Shown here one piece after another: positions 8,417 to 18,543 of a stretch of 64,000 bases of DNA. The DNA comes from an uncultured Candidatus Saccharibacteria bacterium (lineage in GTDB: Bacteria > Patescibacteriota > Doudnabacteria > UBA920): NCBI GenBank assembly GCA_964561365.1, contig CAZLPF010000001.1:14581-78580 (forward strand), read 5' to 3'. Within the stretch, counting starts at the first letter, position 1, and the number at the start of each line of letters is the position of its first letter. Both the position numbers and the translations under genes were made by a program. Below the pieces are notes generated by a model, which searched no databases, was not told where the DNA came from, and saw only the letters and a list, made by a program, of their open reading frames with translations.

Positions 8417-9814
8417 ATGCCGCCGGAATTTACGAACTCAACCGTTGCCCGCGTCCCGCCCCAGAACTCCGAGGCGGAAATGTCGGTTTTGGGCTGCCTG
8501 CTGCTGGACCGCGACGCCATTGTCAAAGTCGGCGACAAGCTCAAGCCTGACGATTTTTACGACCACCGGCACAAGCTCGTCTACGAGCGCATCCAGAGCC
8601 TGTTCACCCGGAACGTCTCGGTCGACATCCTGACCCTGACGAACGACCTGACCGAGCAGAAGCAGCTCGAGCAGGTCGGCGGCGCGAGCTACCTGACCCA
8701 GCTCGTCAACGCCGTGCCGTCGGCGGCCAACGTCGTCCACTACGCGACCATCGTGCGGCGCAAGGGTGCGCTGCGGCGCCTCATCTCCACGGCCGGCGAA
8801 ATACAGACCCTGGCCTACGACGAGCGCGGCGAGGTTGAAGACATTTTGGACCAGGCCGAGCAGCGCCTGTTCGCCGTTTCGCAGGCCAACATCCGGCAGA
8901 ACTTCACCTCCATAAACACGCTGCTCCAGCAGACCTTCGAGCGCATTGACGAGCTCCACAAAGAGAAGGGCAAGCTCCGGGGCCTGGCGACCGGCTACAT
9001 GGATTTGGACCGCCTGCTCGGCGGGCTGCAGAAGTCAGACCTCGTCATCCTCGCGGCGCGGCCGTCTATGGGTAAGACCTCGCTCGCGCTCGACATCATG
9101 CGGCACGTCGGCGTGGACCTGAAGGTGCCCGTCGGCATCTTTTCGCTCGAAATGAGCCGCGACCAGCTCGTCGACCGCCTCATTTCTTCCCAGGGCAACA
9201 TTCCGCTCTGGCGCATCCGCACCGGCAACCTCCAGGAAGAGGACTTCGACCAGCTCCAGCAGGCCATGGGCGAGCTCGCCGAGGCGCCCATATACATAGA
9301 CGACACCGCGGGCAGCAACATTATGGAGGTGCGCACGAAAGCGCGGCGCCTGCAGGCCGAGCACGGGCTCGGGCTCGTGGTCGTGGACTACCTCCAGCTC
9401 ATGGAGGGCCGCAACCAGGAGAACCGCGTCCAGGAGGTCAGCGAAATTTCGCGGGCCCTGAAGCTCCTCGCCCGCGAACTCGGCGTGCCGGTGCTCGCCC
9501 TGTCCCAGCTCTCCCGCGGCGTAGAGAACCGCCCGGACAAAGTCCCGCAGCTCGCCGACCTACGCGAGTCGGGATCCATTGAGCAGGACGCGGACGTCGT
9601 TATGTTCATCTACCGCGAGGACATGTACAAAGGCAAAGAGAGTCGCCGGCCGAACATTGCCGAGATCCACATCCGCAAGCACCGCAACGGGCCCACCGGC
9701 CAGGTCGACCTGTTTTTCGACGCCGAGAAGACGAGCTTCAAGAACCTCGACCGGACCTACGACCTGTCCCCCGCCGCCGTGGCCCAAGCCGCCCAGCCAG
9801 CCGACGAAGTCTAA
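8417..9814 (+). CDS. dnaB: Replicative DNA helicase
   Basis: PPQNSEAE, AARPSMGKT, FSLEM, VVDYLQLM, LSQLSR, DLRESGSIEQDAD, KHRNGPTG; no intein. Confidence 0.98.
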   Translation: MPPEFTNSTVARVPPQNSEAEMSVLGCLLLDRDAIVKVGDKLKPDDFYDHRHKLVYERIQSLFTRNVSVDILTLTNDLTEQKQLEQVGGASYLTQLVNAVPSAANVVHYATIVRRKGALRRLISTAGEIQTLAYDERGEVEDILDQAEQRLFAVSQANIRQNFTSINTLLQQTFERIDELHKEKGKLRGLATGYMDLDRLLGGLQKSDLVILAARPSMGKTSLALDIMRHVGVDLKVPVGIFSLEMSRDQLVDRLISSQGNIPLWRIRTGNLQEEDFDQLQQAMGELAEAPIYIDDTAGSNIMEVRTKARRLQAEHGLGLVVVDYLQLMEGRNQENRVQEVSEISRALKLLARELGVPVLALSQLSRGVENRPDKVPQLADLRESGSIEQDADVVMFIYREDMYKGKESRRPNIAEIHIRKHRNGPTGQVDLFFDAEKTSFKNLDRTYDLSPAAVAQAAQPADEV

Positions 9815-9822
9815 CCGTCCCA

Positions 9823-10428
9823 ATGCTCGAACTGCCCAAGAGCCTCTCGCGGCTCATAAACGAACTGGCGCGCCTGCCCGGTGTGGGCCCGAAGACCGCC
9901 CAACGGCTCGGCTTCTTCCTGCTCAAGCGCGAGCAGGTTGATTTGGAAGGTTTCTCGGAGGCCGTGCGCCAGGTCCGCCAGGGCGTGACCTACTGCTCAC
10001 GGTGCCACGCCATGGCCGAGTCAGACCCCTGCGCTACCTGCACGGACCCGAAGCGGGACCAGCAGCTCGTCTGCGTGGTCGAAGAGCCCCTCGACGCCGT
10101 GGCGCTCGACCGGGCCGGGAGCTTCCCCGGGGTCTTCCACGTGCTCGGCGGGGTACTGAATCCGCTCGAGGGTGTGCGCCCCGAGCACCTGAACATTGAG
10201 AGCCTGCTCGGCCGCATAAAAGATCAGGGCGTGCGCGAGGTAGTGCTCGCCACCAACCCCTCGCTCGAGGGCGAAGCCACGGCCTCGCACATTGCCAAGC
10301 TCATCCGCGAGCGCTACCCGGAGGTCAAGGCCACGCGCATTGCCCGTGGCTTGCCCGTGGGCGGCGACATGGAGTACGCCGACGAGGTCACGCTGCTTCG
10401 GGCCCTCGAGGGCCGGCGCGAGTACTAG
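9823..10428 (+). CDS. recR: Recombination mediator RecR
   Basis: LPGVGPKTAQR, C4 zinc finger, CVVE, ATNPSLEGEATA, RIARGLPVG. Confidence 0.97.
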   Translation: MLELPKSLSRLINELARLPGVGPKTAQRLGFFLLKREQVDLEGFSEAVRQVRQGVTYCSRCHAMAESDPCATCTDPKRDQQLVCVVEEPLDAVALDRAGSFPGVFHVLGGVLNPLEGVRPEHLNIESLLGRIKDQGVREVVLATNPSLEGEATASHIAKLIRERYPEVKATRIARGLPVGGDMEYADEVTLLRALEGRREY

Positions 10429-10462
10429 CGGCCTGCCCTGGCCCGTTAACGGAACTAAAACC

Positions 10463-11035
10463 ATGGCCGACGAGTTACGTAAAAACGTTGTGGTCTTTGC
10501 GGGCAGCGAGTGCGCGGGCCCAGGCAAGGAAGGCTACGAGGCCATGGCCTACGAGCTCGGCGGCCTGCTCGGAGCCGCCGGCTGCGCCGTGGTAACCGGC
10601 GCGGGTCCCGGGCTCATGGACGCGTGCTGCCGCGGGGCGCAAAGTACCGGCGGCAAAACCATCGGCATCGGCTTGGACCTCCCCGGCCGCCACCAGTCTC
10701 TGTTCGTTTCCGAGCTCGAGGTTATTTCAAACCTCGGGCCGCGCCAAGAGCACCTCCTCGCCTTGGGCGACGCCTACGTTGCGCTGCCCGGCGGCGTAGG
10801 TACGTTCTACGAGGTGCTGCACGTGCTGGCCTTAAAGCGCGTCGGCGAGCTGCCGGCCGGCAAGCCCCTCGTCTTGATCGGCGAATACTTTAGCCCCCTC
10901 ATAACGCTGCTCGGGCAAAGCATTGCCGAGGGGTTCATGCCCGCGGCTGCAGCCGCGTACTGCCGCGCGGTCGCATCGCCCGCCGAGGCAGCCGGGGCCG
11001 TTGCCGCGGCCTTCGCCGCCAGAGAACATTCATAA
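10463..11035 (+). CDS. LOG/SLOG family (YgdH/SmF-like) nucleotide phosphoribohydrolase
   Basis: VTGAGPGLM, ALPGGVGTFYEV, KPLVL. Confidence 0.85.
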   Translation: MADELRKNVVVFAGSECAGPGKEGYEAMAYELGGLLGAAGCAVVTGAGPGLMDACCRGAQSTGGKTIGIGLDLPGRHQSLFVSELEVISNLGPRQEHLLALGDAYVALPGGVGTFYEVLHVLALKRVGELPAGKPLVLIGEYFSPLITLLGQSIAEGFMPAAAAAYCRAVASPAEAAGAVAAAFAAREHS

Positions 11036-11045
11036 CCCTTTTTGC

Positions 11046-11693
11046 ATGAAGGTCACGAAGTACGGACACTGCTGCTTGCTCGTTGAGACGGGCGGGGTGC
11101 GGCTGCTCACCGACCCAGGCTGCTGGAGCACGCTGCCCGAGCATCTCGGCACAATCGACGCCGTGCTCCTCACCCACGAGCACCAGGACCACCTCCACGT
11201 GCCGAGCCTCTCGCAGGTCCTCGCGAAAAATCCGAAAGCAGTGGTGCTGACTAACAGCGGCGTCGGCGCGCTGCTGCAGAAAGAAGGCATAACCTACAAA
11301 GTTTTAGAGCACGGGCAGTCGAAAGATGTCGGCGGCGTGCTCGTAGAAGCCTTCGGCGTGAAGCACGCCGACATTTACGAAACCGTTCCGGTGGTCCCCA
11401 ACACCGGCTTCTTCATTGACAATCGGCTTTTCTACCCCGGAGACGCGCTTACAGCCCCCGCCCGCCCTCCGGAGATACTGGCGCTGCCGGTCTGCGGGCC
11501 GTGGCTGCTGCTCGCCGACGCCGTCCGCTACGCTCTCGACCTGCAGCCGAAGGTCGTTTTTCCGGTCCACGACGGGATGCTCGCCCACGTCGGAGCTTTT
11601 CACCGCATTCCCGAAGGCGCGCTGACTAGGGACGGCGTCGGTTTTGTGGTGCTCGAACCCGGTAAAACCCACGACTTCGGAGACCGAACGTAG
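11046..11693 (+). CDS. Metallo-beta-lactamase-fold hydrolase (UlaG/YtkL-like)
   Basis: GHCC, LTDPG, THEHQDH, YPGD, PVHD. Confidence 0.88.
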   Translation: MKVTKYGHCCLLVETGGVRLLTDPGCWSTLPEHLGTIDAVLLTHEHQDHLHVPSLSQVLAKNPKAVVLTNSGVGALLQKEGITYKVLEHGQSKDVGGVLVEAFGVKHADIYETVPVVPNTGFFIDNRLFYPGDALTAPARPPEILALPVCGPWLLLADAVRYALDLQPKVVFPVHDGMLAHVGAFHRIPEGALTRDGVGFVVLEPGKTHDFGDRT

Positions 11694-11707
11694 CATCCCC
11701 TATACCG

Positions 11708-11738
11708 AAAAAACCACCGCCAGCTGGCGGTGGTTTTT
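11708..11738. terminator. Bidirectional terminator
   Basis: AAAAAACCACCGCCAGCTGGCGGTGGTTTTT between convergent genes. Confidence 0.8.
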
Positions 11739-11748
11739 AGAAGGCCTG

Positions 11749-12054
11749 TTAGGCTTTCGTGATTTCGAGTTCGGTGAAGGCTTGTCGGTGGCCCTGGTTG
11801 CGGCGGTACTTGCTCTTCGCCTTGTACTTGAGGACGCGGATCTTGCGGCCGCGGCCCTGGGCGAGGACCTTAGCCTGGACCGCGCCGCCGGCGAGTAGCG
11901 GCGTTCCGAACTGGGCGGTCGTGCCGTCGGTGGTTAGGAGAACCTTGTCGAAGGTCAGCGTGGTGCCGACTTCGGCGTCGAGCTTCTCAACCTGGAGTTT
12001 TTCGCCGACGGAAACGAGGTACTGCTTGCCGCCGGTCGCGAAGATAGAAGGCAT
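11749..12054 (-). CDS. rplU: 50S ribosomal protein L21
   Basis: ATGGKQYLV, VEKL, KYKAKSKYRRNQGHRQ; start ATG 12054. Confidence 0.96.
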   Translation of the reverse strand: MPSIFATGGKQYLVSVGEKLQVEKLDAEVGTTLTFDKVLLTTDGTTAQFGTPLLAGGAVQAKVLAQGRGRKIRVLKYKAKSKYRRNQGHRQAFTELEITKA

Positions 12055-12104
12055 GGGTAGGTGTCTGGTTAGCTGGAGTATGGTACCACGGGCGGCTCTG
12101 CCGG

Positions 12105-13178
12105 TCAAGCCGCGGGCCGGCGGCGCTTGTAGACAATGACGAGGACCATGGCGATTGCCACCATGACGCACAGGAGGGCCACCAGGGCTACGAGCTTGCC
12201 GATTGATTGCAGCACCACGGCGGCGATGCCGAAGGCAGCCGAGATGCCGTAGAGCACGAGGACGGCCTGCCGCTCGGACAGGCCGACGTCTACGAGGCGG
12301 TAGTGCAGGTGGCCGCGGTCGCCGGAAAAGGGGCTCGCGCCGTACCAGAGGCGCCGGACAATGGCCCAGGCGACGTCGAGAATCGGGATGCCCATAACGA
12401 GGAAAGCGGTCGCGACTTTTCCGCCGAGGATGACCGAGAGCGTAGCGAGGGCGAAGCCCGCGAACGTGCTCCCCGACTCGCCGAGGAAAATGCTCGCCGG
12501 TTTCCAGTTGAAGAACAGGAAGCCGGCGAAGCTGCCGGCGAGGATGGCGGCGAGCGCCGCGGTCATGGGCTGGCCGATTTTATCGGTCAGCGAGAGCGCG
12601 GCGAGCGTGAGGGCGGCAATGGCCGAGACCCCGGCGCAGAGGCCGTCGAGCCCGTCTAAAAATTTCGTGGTGTAGGTCATGCCCATGACCCAGAGCCAGG
12701 TAAAGAGCGCCGCGGCCGGAACGCCGAGCACGGCGAACGACAGCGACAGCGGCTCGCCGAAGGGGTTCGAGAGCTGCGTCAGTCCGACGCCGATGCCGGA
12801 GGCCACCACCGCAACGGCGGCGAGGGCGGGCGCGAGAACGGAGAGGTGCGCCGGCAGCTCGTAGCGGTCGTCGAGGTAGCCGCCGAGCACGAGGATCGCG
12901 CCGCCCACGCACAGGCCGAGCAGGAACCGCGGTGGGATGAGCAGCAGGTCGGGGCTCCCGAGCGCGAGGTAGAGGGCGAGGGCGAGCACGAACGCGAGGT
13001 AGACGGCCCAGCCGCCGAGGAGCGGCGTGGGCCGGGCGTGCCGCTTGCGCTCGCCGTGCGGCACGTCTATGGCCCGGAGCCGCGGGGCGAGGCGGCGCAC
13101 CACGGGCGCGAGCAGGAGCGAGAGCAGCGCGGCGGCCGCGCCGAAGGCCACGGGCTCGCGGATGAGGCCGAGCGTCAC
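12105..13178 (-). CDS. WecA/TagO-like polyprenyl-phosphate GlcNAc-1-P transferase (MraY superfamily)
   Basis: RKRHARPTPLLGG, GYLDD, FLDGLDGL, FNWKPASIFLGESG, PILDV, HLHYRL; GTG start overlapping upstream stop. Confidence 0.9.
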   Translation of the reverse strand: MTLGLIREPVAFGAAAALLSLLLAPVVRRLAPRLRAIDVPHGERKRHARPTPLLGGWAVYLAFVLALALYLALGSPDLLLIPPRFLLGLCVGGAILVLGGYLDDRYELPAHLSVLAPALAAVAVVASGIGVGLTQLSNPFGEPLSLSFAVLGVPAAALFTWLWVMGMTYTTKFLDGLDGLCAGVSAIAALTLAALSLTDKIGQPMTAALAAILAGSFAGFLFFNWKPASIFLGESGSTFAGFALATLSVILGGKVATAFLVMGIPILDVAWAIVRRLWYGASPFSGDRGHLHYRLVDVGLSERQAVLVLYGISAAFGIAAVVLQSIGKLVALVALLCVMVAIAMVLVIVYKRRRPAA

Positions 13179-14836
13179 GGCCGGACCCCCGACTGCATTT
13201 CGCGCATGGTCAGGCCCGTGCTCTCGCCCTTCCGGGCTTTCGGCGTAACCCAGAACTCCAGGTAGCGGCCGAGCAGGAGGCGGGTCTGGGCTTCCACGGC
13301 CGGAAGGCTCCCGAAGACGACCGAAGCGATGGGCACGAGGAACCACTGGAGGTACATCATGGCCGAGCGGGTCCAGCGGTACTGCTTCGGCCGCGGCGGC
13401 AGGAGCACGAGGTTGATGTACACCGAAAATATGAGCAAGAGCGTCGCCGTGGTCATGAGGATCTTCGTCGTGTGCGGGAGGTTGAACGCCACGACGCTGC
13501 CCTGGAAGTCGGCGCCGCCGATGAGCAGCGGCATCCAGCCGAGGCACGAGATCATGATGCTCGCGGTGGCCCAATTGAAGTTACCTTCGACGTACTGGAA
13601 GAGCTTGTAGAGCCGGTCGTAGAGCGGCGCGTCGAGCCTGAGCAGCTGCGGCACGAGGTGCGGGTAGTACTCGACGTTGTAGGCCCAGCGGCGCTTCTGC
13701 TTGTACTGGTTCTTCAGGGTCTGCCAGGTCGTTTCGGCGAGGCAGGTGTCGAGGGAGATGGGCACGAACAGCGGAATGACCCGGAAGTCGCCCCCGAACT
13801 TCAGGTAGCACTGCCAGTAGATGAAACCGTCTTCGTTGACGATGTCCTTCTTCCAGAAGCCGACCTCGCGCAGGGTCTTCAGCGGCGTGGAGTGCGACGA
13901 GAAGGTGCGGAGGCGGTCGGGGCGGCTGCTCTCGGTGAACTGCCAGAACGAGTTCGAGACCGAGACGACGCGGATAACGGCCGGCGTGTCCCAGATGTTG
14001 TTGTTGTAGACGGCAATGGGCTGGTAGCTGCAGCGGTACGGTTTTTCTTCGAGCAGGAACTCGTACGAGACGCGGGCGAAGTACTGGGGGTGGACCACGG
14101 TGTCGGAGTCGAAGTTGGAGACAATGACGTCGTCTTCGGCAATGCCGAGGCGTTCGAGCTCGGGCAGCGCCGCCTGGAGCGCGTAGCTCGCGTTGGCGCT
14201 CTTGCCCTTTATTTCTCCCGGCAGGCCGTCGGGGTGCCAGGTTACGAAGAAGCCGCCGAAGCGCGGGGCGTAAGCCTTGCGGACCTGTTCGGCGACGTGC
14301 TTAGCCTGCTCCCCCGCCCGCTCTTCCCCGCCGAGCAGGATGAGCATGCGGTCGTGGGGGTAGCGGGCGCTGTCGAGCGCTTCGAAGGTCGACTCGAGGA
14401 CCTCGAAGCTCTCGTTGCTGAACGGGAGCAGGATGAGGTGGTAGAGGCGGCGGAAGTCTGTGCCGGTTTTGCCGCGGGCGAGCGCTGCGGCCAGCCGTGC
14501 GGACTGCTCGCGGGCGAACCGTTTCGCCACGTAGCCGCGGGCGGCCGCGGCGTCGCCCTCGAAGCGCAACCTGGTGGCGCTGAAGCTGCCGAGCTGCTCG
14601 CAGAGGCCCTGCCAGTCCACCGTGACGTAGTACCGGAAGCGGCGGTAGCTGTAGATGAGGTGGCTCGCGACGTTTACGGCCTTCAGCAGCCAGTAGAGGT
14701 CGAAGCAAATAATGAACAGCGCCGCCCAAACCGGCCGGTAGTACGAGAGCACGACCGAACCGCCGAGGACAATCCAGAGCTGGAGGCCCGGGATGACTTC
14801 CCAGAACCGTTCGGTGAGGCTGCGCTTCCGGAACAT
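13175..14836 (-). CDS. Membrane-bound GT2 family glycosyltransferase
   Basis: GKSAN, FDSD, VNED, QKRRW (QxxRW processive motif), flanking TM helices. Confidence 0.88.
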   Translation of the reverse strand: MFRKRSLTERFWEVIPGLQLWIVLGGSVVLSYYRPVWAALFIICFDLYWLLKAVNVASHLIYSYRRFRYYVTVDWQGLCEQLGSFSATRLRFEGDAAAARGYVAKRFAREQSARLAAALARGKTGTDFRRLYHLILLPFSNESFEVLESTFEALDSARYPHDRMLILLGGEERAGEQAKHVAEQVRKAYAPRFGGFFVTWHPDGLPGEIKGKSANASYALQAALPELERLGIAEDDVIVSNFDSDTVVHPQYFARVSYEFLLEEKPYRCSYQPIAVYNNNIWDTPAVIRVVSVSNSFWQFTESSRPDRLRTFSSHSTPLKTLREVGFWKKDIVNEDGFIYWQCYLKFGGDFRVIPLFVPISLDTCLAETTWQTLKNQYKQKRRWAYNVEYYPHLVPQLLRLDAPLYDRLYKLFQYVEGNFNWATASIMISCLGWMPLLIGGADFQGSVVAFNLPHTTKILMTTATLLLIFSVYINLVLLPPRPKQYRWTRSAMMYLQWFLVPIASVVFGSLPAVEAQTRLLLGRYLEFWVTPKARKGESTGLTMREMQSGVRP

Positions 14837-15186
14837 TAGTTTACCCGGGCGAGGAAGAGGACGGCGGCCAGGGCGGTTAGCGCCACCCCGACGCTGACCG
14901 TGGCGGTCAGCCAGCCCAAAAAACCGGTCGTGCGGGTCACGCGCACGAACGCGGCGTTGATTGCCACCACGAGCAGCCCGACGGCGGGAATGGTGTAGAG
15001 GCGGTAGCCGCGGCCGTAGAGGTCGACGCCGGCGAGCACGTTGTAGTGGAGCGCGAGCGTCCCGCCGCCGGCCCGAATCTTGTAGCGGATGAGCAGCAGT
15101 GATACAATGTTTACGGTCACCGCGAGCACGTACAGAAACAAAACGCTCCGCAGCAGTTCGGAAATTTTGAGCTTCCAATCGGTCAT
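14836..15186 (-). CDS. Small membrane protein (3 TM)
   Basis: Hydrophobic, LHYNVLAGVD motif; coupled to GT2 start. Confidence 0.75.
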   Translation of the reverse strand: MTDWKLKISELLRSVLFLYVLAVTVNIVSLLLIRYKIRAGGGTLALHYNVLAGVDLYGRGYRLYTIPAVGLLVVAINAAFVRVTRTTGFLGWLTATVSVGVALTALAAVLFLARVN

Positions 15187-15257
15187 TTTCCTTTAAATAC
15201 TAGCAAGTTTTGGACTTGCTCGGCAACCGAGAACCAGAAGCCCAGAGCGGCGAGCCC

Positions 15258-16892
15258 ATGAGGCTCCGCTACCTGTTCGCCCTCCTCCTCGTACTCTTGG
15301 TGGGCGCTTTTTTCAGATTCCACCTCCTCCACGAGCTGCCGGGCGGGCTGTTCCCAGACGAGGCCGCCAACGGCCTCGATGTCCTGTCCATGCAGCGCGG
15401 GGACGTGCAGCCGTTCTATGAGCGCGGCAACGGCCGCGAGGCGCTCTTCTTCTACCTCCTCTGGGGCAACGTCGAACTGTTCGGGAAAGGGCCGTGGCAG
15501 CACCACGCGGTTTCGGCCGGCGTCGGGTTGCTCGCCGTTCTCCTCTGCTTCGCGGTTACGCGCAGGCTCCTGGCCACCCCGGACGGGAAGCCGACGAGCC
15601 GCGGAACCTGGGTTGCCCTGCTCGCCGCGTTCCTCATGGCAGTTTCGAGCTGGCACGTTGTTCTCTCGCGGACCGCGTTCCGCGCGAACCTGGTGCCGCT
15701 CCTGGCCGGGCTGGCCATATACCTGTTCCTCCGCGCCCGCCAGGCTGAAACGCCGCGCGCCCGCGCTTGGTTCTCGGTCGCCACGGGCGCGGCGTTCGCC
15801 GGCGGGCTCTACACGTACATTTCGTTCCGCGTCATGTTCCCGCTGCTCGCCCTCGTTTTGTTCCTCGAGCTCCTCGGCGCGTTGCGCAGGAGCGAGCTCG
15901 GCGCAGCGCTGCGGCGCTGGTGGAAACCGTTCCTGTTCGGGTTGCTGTCGTTCGCCATTGTTGTGGCGCCCATTGCGCGCTACTTTTACCAGCACCCCGG
16001 AAGCTTCTCGGGCCGCTCCGGCCAGGTCAGCGTGTTCAGCCCCTCGCTGAACGGCGGCCACCTCGCGGGCACCATCGGCGAAGTCTTCCAGCGCTCAGTG
16101 CTCGCCTACTTCACCGACGGCGACCTGAACTGGCGGCACAACGTTTCCGGCGAACCGTTCCTCCCAAACCTCGCGAGCCCATTCTTCGGCGGCGCGCTGG
16201 TCATCGTCACGCTGCTCGCGGCCTGGTACGTGTTCGCGCCGAACCGGCGCCGCGACTGGGTGCGCTGGGCCCTGCTCGCCGGCTGGTTCTGGTCCATGCT
16301 CCTGCCCGTAGTGGCCACGGCCGAAGGCATCCCGCACGGGCTCCGCTCCATTGGCACCATTCCGGCGGTATTCATGCTCGCCGCGCTCGGGCTCTCTGAA
16401 TCCTACCGGTTCCTCAGCGCATTCATTTCCCGCTCGGGCGCTTCCCGCTTTATTTTACCCGCGGTGGCAGCGGCCTTCCTCTCTGCCGCCGTCTACCAAA
16501 CCTACAATCTGTACTTCGTCGGCGCGGCGAACTCCCCGGAGTACGCCTACGCCTTCCGTTCGGACCTCACGCCGGTGAGCCGGTACCTCACCGCCCGCTG
16601 CCGGAGGGAGGAAACCTACCTCGTGCTCGATAAGTTTTCAGTCCAAACCACCGACTACCTCACCACGGTAGACGCGAGGACAGATCACCCCTGCAACGTC
16701 CCCTACCGCCAGGTCGACCCCGAGAACGTTCAGGACCTGTCGGGCCTCAAGTCCGGGGATGAAATCGTCTTTACCCAGTCGAGCGTCTTCGATATACCCC
16801 GCTTCAAGCAGCGGCACCCCGAAGCCCGCCTCGTGGTTGAAGCCAGAAACCAATTCACGCAGGCGGTTATGGGCGTCTACCGCATTCCCTAG
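15258..16892 (+). CDS. GT-C fold (ArnT/PMT-like) glycosyltransferase
   Basis: PGGLFPDEA, GREALF, WHVVLSRTAFR, YTYISFR; multi-TM. Confidence 0.85.
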   Translation: MRLRYLFALLLVLLVGAFFRFHLLHELPGGLFPDEAANGLDVLSMQRGDVQPFYERGNGREALFFYLLWGNVELFGKGPWQHHAVSAGVGLLAVLLCFAVTRRLLATPDGKPTSRGTWVALLAAFLMAVSSWHVVLSRTAFRANLVPLLAGLAIYLFLRARQAETPRARAWFSVATGAAFAGGLYTYISFRVMFPLLALVLFLELLGALRRSELGAALRRWWKPFLFGLLSFAIVVAPIARYFYQHPGSFSGRSGQVSVFSPSLNGGHLAGTIGEVFQRSVLAYFTDGDLNWRHNVSGEPFLPNLASPFFGGALVIVTLLAAWYVFAPNRRRDWVRWALLAGWFWSMLLPVVATAEGIPHGLRSIGTIPAVFMLAALGLSESYRFLSAFISRSGASRFILPAVAAAFLSAAVYQTYNLYFVGAANSPEYAYAFRSDLTPVSRYLTARCRREETYLVLDKFSVQTTDYLTTVDARTDHPCNVPYRQVDPENVQDLSGLKSGDEIVFTQSSVFDIPRFKQRHPEARLVVEARNQFTQAVMGVYRIP

Positions 16893-16893
16893 C

Positions 16894-18471
16894 ATGGCTA
16901 CCGTAAAGCGCTACCTCCCGCTGATCGCCGTCCTCGCCGTTGCGGTCTTGCTCCGGTTCTACCACCTGACCGCCATTTCGCTCTGGCACGACGAGGCGTT
17001 TTCGGCGCTGCTCCCCGGCTACGGGTGGTCTGAAATGTTCTACCGCATCGGCCTCGACGTGCACCCGCCGGTTTACTACGTGCTGCTGAAACTCTGGGGC
17101 CAGCTCTTTGACCTGAGCCTGTTTTCGCTCCGCAGCTTTTCGGCCGTGTTCGGGGTAGCCTCGGTCTACATGACGTGGCTGCTCGTGCGCCGCGCGTTTT
17201 CCTCCGAGCGGTTCGCGCTCACCGCGGCGCTGCTCGTGGCCGTGAACCCGTTCCAGGCCCAGTACTCGCCCGAAGCCCGGATGTACACGCTCGGGGGCTT
17301 CATTGCCCTCGCCGCCGCCTACAGCCTCGTGGTCGCCCTCCAGAACCAGCGGGCGCTCTCGGAGACCGGTCGCATCGGCGCCGCTGACGGCATGCTCCGC
17401 GGTTCTCGACGCGCCGCGGCCTTTGGGTACCTCGCGTTCGCGGTCCTGGCCGCCGCCGGTGCGCTGACCCACTACTACCTCCTCTTTACCGACGTCGCGC
17501 TCGCGCTCTACGGGCTCGTCTACGCGTGGCGCCACTTCCGCGGCCTCCGCGCGTACCTGCCGCTCGGCTTGAGCTTTCTGCTCTCTGGCGCCCTGTTCCT
17601 CCCGTGGCTCAAAGTCTTCCTGTTTCAGCTCAAGCAAGTCGGCGGCGGTTACTGGATTCCGCCCATCAACGTCTGGAGCGTGCCCGAAACCGTTTGGCAG
17701 CTGTTCGTAGCCCTGCCGGCCGGCGGCGCCGAGCAGCTCCAGCACCGCGCCTACCTGGCCGGCAGCGTCGCGCTGGTGCTCGTGCTGCTGTGGTTTCTCC
17801 GCCGCACCCAGCGAACCGAAAAGTGGCTGCTCGTGTTCTGCTTCCTCGCGCCGTTTGCCGGCGCGCTCGCATTTGCCCTGCTCGCGCACCTCACCGGCAG
17901 CAAGAGCTCGGTCTTCCTCGTGCGCTACTTCCTTTTTGCCGCGCCGTTCGGCACCGCCATAGTCGCCGGCTGGCTGTCGCAAATGCGCTTCTGGCGCCTC
18001 GCCACCGTGCTCATCGTGGCGTGCGCAGCCCTCGGCACCTACGGCGTGTACCGGTACTGGCACGTGACCGACGTACCGCGCCGGCCCGGCATGGCAGCGG
18101 CGTCGAACTTTCTGGCCCAGAACGTCGAGCCGAACCAGCCCGTCGTGCTCGGGACCTCGTTCATGTTCTTCAACTATAAATTCTACAACCGGACGCCGTC
18201 CGCACCCGTCCTCTACAGCGGCGGGGTGACGAAGGCTTCGGATATTTCACACTTCGCCGGCAGCGCGCTCCTGACCGACCGCGACCTTTTGCCCGACATG
18301 AAAACCGCGGGCAAAAAAGGCGGTACGGTCTGGCTCATTTGGACCTACGCCTTCGGTTCAAACAAGCCCTCTGTTCCGGAAAATTGGAAGCAAGTTTTGG
18401 AAAATGAGTACCCGGACGTTCGACCGTACCTGGGGACGAGCGTTTACGTAACCGAGTATAAAGTCCAGTAA
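16894..18471 (+). CDS. GT-C fold (ArnT/PMT-like) glycosyltransferase
   Basis: SLWHDEAFS, DVHPPVYY, SLRSFS, YSPEARMY, THYY. Confidence 0.87.
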   Translation: MATVKRYLPLIAVLAVAVLLRFYHLTAISLWHDEAFSALLPGYGWSEMFYRIGLDVHPPVYYVLLKLWGQLFDLSLFSLRSFSAVFGVASVYMTWLLVRRAFSSERFALTAALLVAVNPFQAQYSPEARMYTLGGFIALAAAYSLVVALQNQRALSETGRIGAADGMLRGSRRAAAFGYLAFAVLAAAGALTHYYLLFTDVALALYGLVYAWRHFRGLRAYLPLGLSFLLSGALFLPWLKVFLFQLKQVGGGYWIPPINVWSVPETVWQLFVALPAGGAEQLQHRAYLAGSVALVLVLLWFLRRTQRTEKWLLVFCFLAPFAGALAFALLAHLTGSKSSVFLVRYFLFAAPFGTAIVAGWLSQMRFWRLATVLIVACAALGTYGVYRYWHVTDVPRRPGMAAASNFLAQNVEPNQPVVLGTSFMFFNYKFYNRTPSAPVLYSGGVTKASDISHFAGSALLTDRDLLPDMKTAGKKGGTVWLIWTYAFGSNKPSVPENWKQVLENEYPDVRPYLGTSVYVTEYKVQ

Positions 18472-18486
18472 ATAAGCCAAATTTTG

Positions 18487-18519
18487 AACGAGCAGCCCTT
18501 GACGGGATGCTCGTTTTTT
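18487..18519 (+). terminator. Intrinsic terminator
   Basis: AACGAGCAgCCC..GGGaTGCTCGTTTTTT. Confidence 0.65.
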
Positions 18520-18543
18520 GTTACCTTGAATTCAGGAGGATGC

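Noticed and set aside
8417-9814. Intein in DnaB (also considered for GyrB and PurL)
   Set aside because: Lengths and motif spacing are normal; no C...HN splice junctions
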